Virus record (IMG/VR): IMGVR_UViG_3300016665_000824
Coordinates: 32,001-96,000 of that record
Source: a virus
Direction: 5' to 3' (one strand)
DNA length: 64,000 nucleotides
The position numbers were made by a program, and so were the translations under genes. Under the pieces are notes generated by a model. The model was not told the DNA's origin. It was given only the letters and a program-made list of their open reading frames with translations, and did no database searches. Below, piece by piece: positions 28,555 to 37,039 of this stretch. The stretch's first letter is position 1, and every line of letters begins with the position of its first letter.

Positions 28555-28784
28555 GTGTTTATTCAAGCCCCGAATTCACTGGTACAATCATTCGAGAAAG
28601 CCATGAGAGTGGCGTTTTGCTAGTCACGGTCGTAGAGTTACCAGGGCTAGTCTTAGTGCTCAACTCCCATAGCGAAGAAGAAATCGTATTGCCCCAAGCT
28701 ATTAGATCGTATCTAAGTCTTGAGGAGCAATTGAAGATTAAGCGATCGCGACCCAAAGTCACAGCAGTAAAAATATCCATCTAA
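28551..28784 (+). CDS. Small protein with HicB-like (UPF0150-type) features
   Basis: 77 aa; VTVVELPGLV resembles the PELPGC motif of HicB-type antitoxins (from memory). Confidence 0.35.
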   Translation: MSVYSSPEFTGTIIRESHESGVLLVTVVELPGLVLVLNSHSEEEIVLPQAIRSYLSLEEQLKIKRSRPKVTAVKISI

Positions 28785-28812
28785 TTCCGATCTGAATCAC
28801 CACGAAGAAATC

Positions 28813-30786
28813 ATGTCCTATGAAGCCCTGCCGTCGGGAAGCTTAGTCAAAGCTCCCATCGATCTGATCGAAACTCATCCACAGAACCCCGCCCCTACAT
28901 CACAGAGGTATAGCGAAATATTGGGGTATCCCGTCAGGGTTGAGGATGCTCAGGTCGAGTCCCTGATTGAACTACTAAGGGCGGAGGGCTACAACCCCAA
29001 TAAGCCTATGCTGCTCAGACCAGTTGGCGATCGCCTCCAAGCCGTTGAGGGCAACCACCGTTTTGTGGCAATGTGGATGCTCACCAAGGTACTCAGAGAG
29101 TTTGAACAGGACTATATTCCCGCGATCGTGGATGAAGATCTATCCGAAGAGGACGCTCTGATTAAGTTGAGTACTCTTAATACTCAGCGCAGGATGGAGG
29201 GTTGGCGGTTAGCTCGATTGGCTTACTACACTTGCGTTGAGAAAGGCATGTCTCAGCCTGAGTATGCGGCAAAGGTGGGATACGTCCTTGAGGGTGGAAA
29301 GCCAAATGGTCCACGGATTTCTAAGTTGATTCAAGCCTGTCGATTTGTTGACTATATTGCTGCCAACTCACCGATTGAAGAACTGCAAGACGTTGAGGCT
29401 TTAACCGAACCTAAGAACGGTTTGTTTAGGTCAGTTGATCGCGTCGTTGAGTTTATGTACCTCGACCAAGAGGACTGGTTATGGATTGCAGAGTTCTACC
29501 TCCGTCATCACATGCAGATCTCGGCAAAACAACGAGTCAACCTAGCCAAGGCGATCAAAGATACAAAGGATTTGCTCAACAGATCTACCTCGTATCCCGA
29601 TCGCTGGAGTCAATGGTTGCGCTGGGAGTATATACGCGGAGAGGTCGCTAGTCAGTGTGCGGCAAACGAGGAGTCCCAATTAGCCAAGAGTTTATTACCC
29701 CAACTAATTTCTGAGGCGAATAAAACCTACGAGTCGGACGACTTGCCATTCATTCACAACTATCACGAAGTTACTGGTAACAGGGTTGAAGAGAAAACTG
29801 CCAATCTCAAGGAGGAATTTCGTGCTGAGTTAATCAAGCAGATCGAAGGGCGTAGTGCCAAGTTTTACAGGCTTGTTGATGTTGCTGAAGCTGCGCGGAC
29901 TGTGATCGATCGCTATGCGTTTATCGATCAGAAGTACGAAAACTTCAAAAAGATCGAAAACACGGTACATATCGAGCAAGAGATTGTTGCGATCGCACCT
30001 CCGACGACCTCAAAGTCAAAATCTACGCCAACAACATCTACGCGATCGCCTGTTGCAGAAACAAAGCCCAAGCTTGATACCGAAAAGCGAGTGTGGATTG
30101 AGGAACAATATCAGCCAAAAGGCATGGTTTCTTCTCTAGAAGATTATGCTTTCCACGGCGGCAAACAGTACGGGCTGATATTCTCCCGTCTTGGCAATAG
30201 CGGCATGGAGGACTTCTTTCAAAATACCGACTATATCTATAGAACGCTTACCGAAGATGGAGTATTCGCACTGATATTGCCGCATAAATATTCCTTCGCG
30301 GTAATTGAGGAGCTTGAGTATAAGGTAGCTAACTCTAGTCGCTTACACCTTCGAGGGTTGGATGGCGGCATATATTCCGATGATGAAAAGCCGAGATTGG
30401 CGATCGCCGCATCAAACCGTACATTGATTCATCAAGAGTACGAAGAATTATTATTGTTCACCACTCAAGACGATACTCCTCTGCCATTGCGATCGCCTCT
30501 CCCTCGGATGGCGCTGGAGCCAGTTCACGATATTCTGACCGCTTTTGGCGACCTGAGCGAGCCGTTCTTAGATCCGTTCGCCTTCAGTGGTGAGGTCGTA
30601 GTCGCAGCAAAAAGTCTTGGGTATCGGTGCGACTATCTCGTACAGACTCCAAACCAGTTGGACTTGGTTACGCGCTGGTGCGATCGGACTGAGTTTCCTG
30701 AGAGTCTACTTAGATTTGCGGAAGAGTTTACTCATTTTGATGAGGCACTGTTTAGTGATCGAGCAACTACTCGTGCAAGATCCTGA
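28813..30786 (+). CDS. ParB-like nuclease domain protein with degenerate methyltransferase-like C-terminus
   Basis: 657 aa; N-terminal LLRPVGDRLQAVEGNHRFVAMW fits ParB/Srx fold; C-terminal LDPFAFSGEVVVAAKSLGYRCDYL aligns to MTase motif I (DPFxGSGTT) with glycines replaced; no DPPY motif. Confidence 0.55.
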   Translation: MSYEALPSGSLVKAPIDLIETHPQNPAPTSQRYSEILGYPVRVEDAQVESLIELLRAEGYNPNKPMLLRPVGDRLQAVEGNHRFVAMWMLTKVLREFEQDYIPAIVDEDLSEEDALIKLSTLNTQRRMEGWRLARLAYYTCVEKGMSQPEYAAKVGYVLEGGKPNGPRISKLIQACRFVDYIAANSPIEELQDVEALTEPKNGLFRSVDRVVEFMYLDQEDWLWIAEFYLRHHMQISAKQRVNLAKAIKDTKDLLNRSTSYPDRWSQWLRWEYIRGEVASQCAANEESQLAKSLLPQLISEANKTYESDDLPFIHNYHEVTGNRVEEKTANLKEEFRAELIKQIEGRSAKFYRLVDVAEAARTVIDRYAFIDQKYENFKKIENTVHIEQEIVAIAPPTTSKSKSTPTTSTRSPVAETKPKLDTEKRVWIEEQYQPKGMVSSLEDYAFHGGKQYGLIFSRLGNSGMEDFFQNTDYIYRTLTEDGVFALILPHKYSFAVIEELEYKVANSSRLHLRGLDGGIYSDDEKPRLAIAASNRTLIHQEYEELLLFTTQDDTPLPLRSPLPRMALEPVHDILTAFGDLSEPFLDPFAFSGEVVVAAKSLGYRCDYLVQTPNQLDLVTRWCDRTEFPESLLRFAEEFTHFDEALFSDRATTRARS

Positions 30787-30822
30787 TCGGTTAAGCGTGG
30801 GTAGCCACGACGCTTGTTCAAG

Positions 30823-30863
30823 GCAATAAAAAAGGAGTCCAATTGAGACTCCTTTTTTATTGC
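30823..30863. terminator. Bidirectional intrinsic terminator
   Basis: 17-bp perfect stem GCAATAAAAAAGGAGTC / GACTCCTTTTTTATTGC with 7-nt loop, A/T tracts on both sides, between convergent genes. Confidence 0.7.
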
Positions 30864-30869
30864 TGTAGT

Positions 30870-31595
30870 TTAATCAAAGAATTTTCTAACCGCCGCTTCT
30901 ACATCCTTGTTTGGCATCGGGTAGCACCAAATCGGCATCATCCGACCATTGCAAATCCTTTCTTCTTGTTTGCCAAGAGCCTCGCAAGTAGCTTTGACAA
31001 ATTTTCCTAATGTGGTGCGGTTTTTAGCTGTTACGGGCAAACTCAAAGATTCAGCAATTTCTACGGCTCCCATCCACTTTGTCTCCGAGGCTGGAGCGAT
31101 CGCCTTGATAACAGCCATTGCGTCGTTGATCGCAACATCTACAAGCATTTGACATAAGCGAGGGTCGGAATCAGCAAGCATATCCTTGATCTCAAAGACT
31201 GACTTCGCTGTTTCGAGTGCTATTACACGAGAGGGCAATGCGGGAACAGGAGTGGGGGTAGTAGGCACTGATTGTAACAATGCCTTCGCCTTAGAGAAGG
31301 CTTCAACCAGATCGAGCTTGCTCTGAACAACGGCTACCGTGTTTCGGCTCAGGGTCATTAAAGCGGTCGCTTGGTCTTCGTTGAGTAGCGCAAATTTAGG
31401 AGGGTTCCCTGTCGCCTTTTCGGGGACTCCGATTTTAAATCGGATACCCGCGAACCTTGCTTCAATCATGTCTTGGTACTTCTTGATGTTCCGCATAAAG
31501 CTCTCGTGATCAATCCCAAGTCGCTCGGCAATCAGTCGAGAGTCAACAAGCAATTCGCCATCTTCATTGATGATTGGTACAATACTTTCGGACAT
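30870..31595 (-). CDS. Rha-family phage regulatory protein
   Basis: 241 aa; N-terminal LLVDSRLIAERLGIDHESFMRNIKKY matches Rha domain pattern. Confidence 0.6.
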   Translation of the reverse strand: MSESIVPIINEDGELLVDSRLIAERLGIDHESFMRNIKKYQDMIEARFAGIRFKIGVPEKATGNPPKFALLNEDQATALMTLSRNTVAVVQSKLDLVEAFSKAKALLQSVPTTPTPVPALPSRVIALETAKSVFEIKDMLADSDPRLCQMLVDVAINDAMAVIKAIAPASETKWMGAVEIAESLSLPVTAKNRTTLGKFVKATCEALGKQEERICNGRMMPIWCYPMPNKDVEAAVRKFFD

Positions 31596-31678
31596 ATAAT
31601 CTACCTTTTCTAGGTTATGTGTTACGCGATCGCACCTTCAAAAACTTGCGATCGCTATCCTTAATATTATACCTTGAT

Positions 31679-31697
31679 CTTGTGGCGATTTTGTGGG
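31679..31697 (-). promoter_or_regulatory. Operator-like CCACAAA-N4-CCACAAG dyad, inverted orientation
   Basis: Reverse complement reads CCCACAAAATCGCCACAAG; between Rha gene start and 31727 ATG. Confidence 0.4.
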
Positions 31698-31726
31698 AGT
31701 ATTAATAAACGTCACAGGAATTTTTT

Positions 31727-32686
31727 ATGTCTGAATACTATTTATACGGCGATCGCGAAGGTAATGCTCTTGATCGGTTAAAAGCTTCTCGCCCTCAGCT
31801 AATCAATAAGCTTTACTACTGGGCTGGCAAACGGCTTGACTATCGGGTTAAGCATTCGCTTATGGCGGAGCAGGATGTTTCCAAGCAGGTTGATCGATAT
31901 CTAGAGGCGATTGCATTTGCTTCGTCGGAAAAGGATCTGCTAAACACGCTCAACAGTTGGAACCTCCTGTCACCTCAAGAGAAGGCGATTATGGCAAAGC
32001 TGTTCCCCTTCAAACCAAATCATCGGTTTGATCCTACAAATTTACAGTTTGAAGGATGGTTTACTGGGTGTAATTGGTACGAATTGAGAAAGGGCGAGTA
32101 CATCACCGCAGAAGAGGAAGTTCTTGACGGCATTGCCTATCAAGGACAGGAAGTAGCGATCATCACAAAGAATGCTTACGAGGCAGAAGTTTTGAACGCC
32201 AAGAATATGATGATTGTTGACGTGGATCTTGAGGGTGATCAGGCGATCGTGCAGAATGCTCAGTTCGCTCTTGACGTACTTCGATCTTTTATTAGCAACA
32301 CAAAAAATTGGGATCTAGGCTTTAGGGTTTACAAAACTGCGGCAGGTTTGAGATATATCTGCACGACCCATGAATTTGAAGCGACAGATCCTCTTAGCGA
32401 CAAGATTATGCGTAATTTACTCGCTGATGATCGCTACCGAGCTTTGTGTAAATTCCAAGATACCTATCGCGCTCGATTAACTCCAAAACCTTGGCGAGCT
32501 TCTGACATTGCGTGGCGTAATCGCGGAGTGTGGGATGTTTCAGGCGAATGGGTGGAATATTTCAGGGTGTGTGACTCGCTTAGCCTCTACGGAAATACTA
32601 ATATCCTTCCCCAGTTCGCCAAGGCGATCGAATACCATGATCGAATCACAAATGTCTTTGCCGATCCAAAACTAATCCTCGCGTAG
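31727..32686 (+). CDS. Hypothetical protein
   Basis: 319-aa ORF; inverted CCACAAA dyad ~30 nt upstream. Confidence 0.5.
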   Translation: MSEYYLYGDREGNALDRLKASRPQLINKLYYWAGKRLDYRVKHSLMAEQDVSKQVDRYLEAIAFASSEKDLLNTLNSWNLLSPQEKAIMAKLFPFKPNHRFDPTNLQFEGWFTGCNWYELRKGEYITAEEEVLDGIAYQGQEVAIITKNAYEAEVLNAKNMMIVDVDLEGDQAIVQNAQFALDVLRSFISNTKNWDLGFRVYKTAAGLRYICTTHEFEATDPLSDKIMRNLLADDRYRALCKFQDTYRARLTPKPWRASDIAWRNRGVWDVSGEWVEYFRVCDSLSLYGNTNILPQFAKAIEYHDRITNVFADPKLILA

Positions 32687-33109
32687 ATACTCTTCCAGAA
32701 TAATCCCGATCTCTACCTCATCCTCTTTGGATACACCCAAGAACTTACGCACGGGTAAACCCTCTAGTCCTAATTGATGCTTCCGCATATAGTCCACATT
32801 AGTACCCACAACCACGCGATCTTTAGTTGCCGCATAGTTAATCGAAGCTCGACCTCGACCTGACGCTTGGAGGATTTTATCGATATACCCCTTAGCCTTC
32901 TTTAGTCGCCTTGTATAGGGCGTATTAGCCTTCCAAGGGTTTCCGTCGGGGTCAACCTCTTTCTCGAATCTCTGGTCTGTACTCAATAGAAGTTGCTGTC
33001 CGATCTCATTCATTACTGGAGTGAGGTCGGATGTTTTTTTGATCAACTTTCGGAGTTGCTCTTGGATGGCTTTGTCATTATAAGTGAGCGAGATGATTGG
33101 ATCAGCCAT
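32672..33109 (-). CDS. Phage virion morphogenesis protein (Mu G-like)
   Basis: 145 aa; DPDGNPWKANTPYTRRLKKAKG...VVVGTNVDYMRKHQLG resembles Mu G-family pattern; adjacent to Mu F-like gene. Confidence 0.55.
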   Translation of the reverse strand: MADPIISLTYNDKAIQEQLRKLIKKTSDLTPVMNEIGQQLLLSTDQRFEKEVDPDGNPWKANTPYTRRLKKAKGYIDKILQASGRGRASINYAATKDRVVVGTNVDYMRKHQLGLEGLPVRKFLGVSKEDEVEIGIILEEYLRED

Positions 33110-33812
33110 TGACTTTCGCCTTGATTTGCTTCTTGACTTGAGTTCTCAGGTCTGGGGATAGTCGCTTCAGTCCCTGATTCAATATTTGCTGAGTTGTCTT
33201 CGCGTCTGTACCGCGACGAAAGTTGACACCCATGATCGTGTCGGGATCTGGTGGGTTTTCCAAGATTTCAATACCATTTCGCTCGCAGTAAGCGCGAGAC
33301 ACAGCGATCGCAGTACACTTGCAATTCCAATCACATGGAAATCCTATTCGCCTCCAGAAAGGAGAGGCTGCGGGAATCCCTTTATTGTGTAAAGCCTTAT
33401 GTGCTGGACGAGGCACTACCGAGTCGCGATGTCTCCATACCCATATATCGAGTTTCGCCATCACTTCAGGACTCCGCATCACCTTCTCCCTACCCTGCCA
33501 ATAAGACTTGTTGATATTCGTATCAAAAATCAACTTAATCTTCTGACCATTCGGCTGATATCCTGCGCGACCGATACGACGGTTAAAGCTACGAGTAAAT
33601 TGCTCGAAGGACGTGCCATCTTCAAGGGCTTTACCGATTAACCACTTAGTTGCTTCAAGTAAATCTGCTCGCATTAATCCAGATACCATAAAAGCGTGGT
33701 CGTGGATACGGGCATCTAAACCTTTGTAGTCGGATATAGGTAGAGCTAACCGATCGCGTAAGGCTGCGATCGCATCAACAGGTTTTAACTTCAAATACTC
33801 AGGGGTTGCCAC
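33102..33812 (-). CDS. Phage head morphogenesis protein, Mu F-like / SPP1 gp7 family
   Basis: 236 aa; WVWRHRDSVVPRPAHKALHNKG matches Mu F-like signature. Confidence 0.65.
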   Translation of the reverse strand: MATPEYLKLKPVDAIAALRDRLALPISDYKGLDARIHDHAFMVSGLMRADLLEATKWLIGKALEDGTSFEQFTRSFNRRIGRAGYQPNGQKIKLIFDTNINKSYWQGREKVMRSPEVMAKLDIWVWRHRDSVVPRPAHKALHNKGIPAASPFWRRIGFPCDWNCKCTAIAVSRAYCERNGIEILENPPDPDTIMGVNFRRGTDAKTTQQILNQGLKRLSPDLRTQVKKQIKAKVNG

Positions 33813-36394
33813 TAGCTCACCCTCCGAAACTTGTCGCGGGTTTCCCAGTAGGCTGCGAGGTAGACTTCCGATGTGGCGATCGCGTCGTTATTGAGTTGAC
33901 TGTCAATGAAGTCGCGTCCCTCCTTCTGCTTTTTCTGGATTTGCTCTTGTTGATAGGCGATCGCTTTTTGTAGTTTTGAGATCTGCTTCTCAGGGGTTAG
34001 TGTTCCAAATCCAGTTATATCTATCCCCATATTGGTTAGTGCTGTTTGAGATGCAGCTAGCGGCTTCTTCCCTGACTGAATTCGAGCAAGGGTCGCCTCT
34101 AAGGTCTTAGTGGTTGCCTCCATCTTGCTGATGTTGTTTTGAAGCGTTTTCAAGTCTATAGGCGGAGTAGCAGTCTTTGATTCAGTACTTGCAGCAGTAT
34201 CCACTGATTTATTTTTACGCGATCGTTTTTGGGTTGCGGTAGTACTGGTTGCAGTACTTACTGATTTACTGCTAGGCGATCGCGTAGAACTTTTTGAAAG
34301 GGGTGGCGCGGCGGAAGACTTAGCTCCGTAGTTTTCGGGATATCGGGCTTTGTTTTCTTGCACCAGTGATTCGTAGTAATCGGCGAATCCGTCTGCCGCT
34401 TCTTTTGCCTGTTCAAGGGAAAAGAAGCGGGTTTTATCTCTGTTCCTACCGCTAAACATATCGGCTAAATCTTCAGGTTCGTGCTCTTCGGTATAAACCA
34501 TCCACCCATCATCTTCTTTTTGGATGGAAATAAAGAGTGATGCGTCTTTGTCTGAAGCCTTTTTTCTTGCGTTGGAGCTGTATCTGTCAGCAGAGTCTGG
34601 ATCTTTAACCCACTCTCCAGCAATAACCTTGTCCAGCTTTTTATTGTATGTTTCTCGTGCTTTCTGTCTTCTCTCTGCGGCTTTCTGTTTTTTGGCAAAC
34701 TCTGCCAGTGTTTTTTCGGCGCTAGATACTAAACTGTTGGACTGACTTGAAGTCAAGTTGTCGGGTTTGCTGCTAGGCGATCGCTCTTGAGGGGTTTCGG
34801 GTTCTGCTTTAGGTGGTTTCGGAGCAACATACTTTTTACCAATCATCGCCTCATGCAGCAGCATTAATTCCTTGGCTTCAGAAGTATCAACACCTAGTGT
34901 CTCGATATCCCTAGCAATGACGGAGGCAAGCTTAGACTTTTGTTCTGGGGTAGCCTTGTCCGCAAACACCTCCTGATCCGACTGAGGAAACTTCTTGGTG
35001 TTTCTCAGCTCGTAAGCCGCATTTATGTTTGCTATCCCATCAACAGCCTTGGAAATCCTAACAGCTTCTTCCTGTGCTATTTCTTTCTTGCTTTTAGGTT
35101 TGACTGGAACATTCGCCTCCTGAGCGATCGCCGCTACTGGCTGGATAACTTCTTCAGTTTTTGGTTTTACCGCCCTGCTGCGACTCTTCTTAGGCTCGCC
35201 CTCTACGGGGTTTTTGGTTGATCTTTCTGTGTTAGGAGTCTCGTCTACCTGAGTTTTTGGAGGCTTAGCCGCTTTCTCTGTCGATCGAGACTTCGCCCGT
35301 GGGTTCTTGATGTTCTCGGCGATCGCCTCTTGAATCTTGTCTTGATTACGAGTAAACCGCATCTCGCCTACACGAATAACTCCTTTCCCATCCCTAAGAT
35401 CGATAGAGTATTGATTTGCACTCTCGGCAAGAGGAGTTCCTTTTTTCTTGTCAATGGCTCCACGAAACTGGATAGAGTCCTCAAGTCCATGTTCTTTAAG
35501 CTTGTCGTATAGTCGCTGCAAATCGACAGACTGTTTTTCGCGAGCAACCTTGTTTACAATACCGTTTCCTGCGCGAGCCTTTACGTCGTCGATACGGACA
35601 TATCCCTCATCATCAGCTAACTCAAGGTTCTGCTTCTTCCTCTCGATCTCTTCTGGGAGGAGTTGCTTACGTTTCAGTTCCGCAGCTAGAGCTAGTTCAT
35701 ACCCCCTCTTTTGGGCGGGGTAATTAACCGAAACTAGCTCCTTCAGGGCTTGAATCTTGGGTTGCTCAGCTTCGTATGCGGACTGGGCTTCTGGAGTTCT
35801 AACCTCTTGAGTCTTCTGCGGTTTTGTTACAGGAGTAGACTCAACCTGTTCAACTATGGGTTCAACCTCTTTAATATCTGTGTTTGCGGGTGGAGTTGAC
35901 TTGTTTGCGATCGCCGCACCAACACCCAATCCAACAGTCGCAGCCGCACCAACACCTACCGCAACATTTCTTGAAGTATTAGAGGGCGGAAGAGTTGGTC
36001 TCTGCCTAACGGGTTCCTGATAAGGTTCACTAGAACGCCCTGCGTTCACCACTGCGCCAGTCAAGGCTAGTCCGCCAACAGCTAATCCCGCACCGATCGC
36101 CGCTTTACTAAGAAAGCCCATCTCAGATTTTGGTGGTTCCTGCGATCGCGCCAATGCTCGCTCTAATTTTGATGGTGGTAGTACATTTACGCCCTGTCCT
36201 TGTGGAGCTTTCCGATAATAAAAACCACCCCTAACACGTCTATCCTGAACGCAAACATAACCTGCCCGTGGAGCGCAAGCATCGTAGCGCAACTTAACTT
36301 CTAGAGCCGCATCAATATACTCTTGAGGCATTACATCAAGAGTAATTTCGTCTAGATACAGACCAGCAAGGTAGTTCTTATCGAGATCTGGCAT
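33812..36394 (-). CDS. Large virion protein with N-terminal Cys-motif/hydrophobic module
   Basis: 860 aa; CAPRAGYVCVQDRRVRGG motif then AAIGAGLAVGGLALTGAVV and NVAVGVGAAATVGLGVGAAIA segments; Pro/Lys-rich low-complexity remainder. Confidence 0.55.
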   Translation of the reverse strand: MPDLDKNYLAGLYLDEITLDVMPQEYIDAALEVKLRYDACAPRAGYVCVQDRRVRGGFYYRKAPQGQGVNVLPPSKLERALARSQEPPKSEMGFLSKAAIGAGLAVGGLALTGAVVNAGRSSEPYQEPVRQRPTLPPSNTSRNVAVGVGAAATVGLGVGAAIANKSTPPANTDIKEVEPIVEQVESTPVTKPQKTQEVRTPEAQSAYEAEQPKIQALKELVSVNYPAQKRGYELALAAELKRKQLLPEEIERKKQNLELADDEGYVRIDDVKARAGNGIVNKVAREKQSVDLQRLYDKLKEHGLEDSIQFRGAIDKKKGTPLAESANQYSIDLRDGKGVIRVGEMRFTRNQDKIQEAIAENIKNPRAKSRSTEKAAKPPKTQVDETPNTERSTKNPVEGEPKKSRSRAVKPKTEEVIQPVAAIAQEANVPVKPKSKKEIAQEEAVRISKAVDGIANINAAYELRNTKKFPQSDQEVFADKATPEQKSKLASVIARDIETLGVDTSEAKELMLLHEAMIGKKYVAPKPPKAEPETPQERSPSSKPDNLTSSQSNSLVSSAEKTLAEFAKKQKAAERRQKARETYNKKLDKVIAGEWVKDPDSADRYSSNARKKASDKDASLFISIQKEDDGWMVYTEEHEPEDLADMFSGRNRDKTRFFSLEQAKEAADGFADYYESLVQENKARYPENYGAKSSAAPPLSKSSTRSPSSKSVSTATSTTATQKRSRKNKSVDTAASTESKTATPPIDLKTLQNNISKMEATTKTLEATLARIQSGKKPLAASQTALTNMGIDITGFGTLTPEKQISKLQKAIAYQQEQIQKKQKEGRDFIDSQLNNDAIATSEVYLAAYWETRDKFRRVS

Positions 36395-36953
36395 AATGTC
36401 TTTTCACTTCTAGATAGGCGGCTTGGTACTCAAGGGGTTTGGTTGAGTCAACTCGTTTAGATTTTGCGAGTGGTTTCTTATAGTTCGGAGCCTTGTCTTG
36501 ACCACCACAAGCGCATTGAGCTTTAGTCAACCCTTTCTTCTTGCAGTCCGAACATCCGCATTTATCGTTCATACCCATAGAATCCACCTTGTATTTATTA
36601 CTGCCGTTAGCAGGAAGGCTCTTTGACCACAAATCTTTCCTTGCCCAATGATTGGGACTAAACACGTCGTTTGCTGTGGACTGCCCTGATTTGTTTTTAA
36701 TCCCCGCCGATCGCGCTAAGTAGCTCTTCTTCGCCTCGGCGCTGTAGTTGTTCTGATATCCAGTTGCGCCATAGTGGACAACCTTGATGCGATCGCCTTT
36801 TTTCACGAGTACAGCCCGTTTCTTGCCTGGTCGCCATGACTTGATGGGTTTGTTAAAAGCGGGAAAGGTATGCCCAGCATAGTTAATACCGCCACCTTCC
36901 TTCTTGAGGCAGCGCTTGCCTGCCGAGATATATCCTTTGCCGCATTGAGCCAT
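36378..36953 (-). CDS. Cys-rich basic protein
   Basis: 191 aa; CGKGYISAGKRC motif; C-terminal CGCSDC...CACGG cluster; near-palindrome directly upstream of ATG. Confidence 0.5.
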   Translation of the reverse strand: MAQCGKGYISAGKRCLKKEGGGINYAGHTFPAFNKPIKSWRPGKKRAVLVKKGDRIKVVHYGATGYQNNYSAEAKKSYLARSAGIKNKSGQSTANDVFSPNHWARKDLWSKSLPANGSNKYKVDSMGMNDKCGCSDCKKKGLTKAQCACGGQDKAPNYKKPLAKSKRVDSTKPLEYQAAYLEVKRHYARSR

Positions 36954-37039
36954 GATTTAGATCTGAATACGTTGTCCGATAATAAGCGATCGCCAATTCA
37001 GCTTCATTTAAAATCTCCGAAGGCGCGATCGCTAAGATT

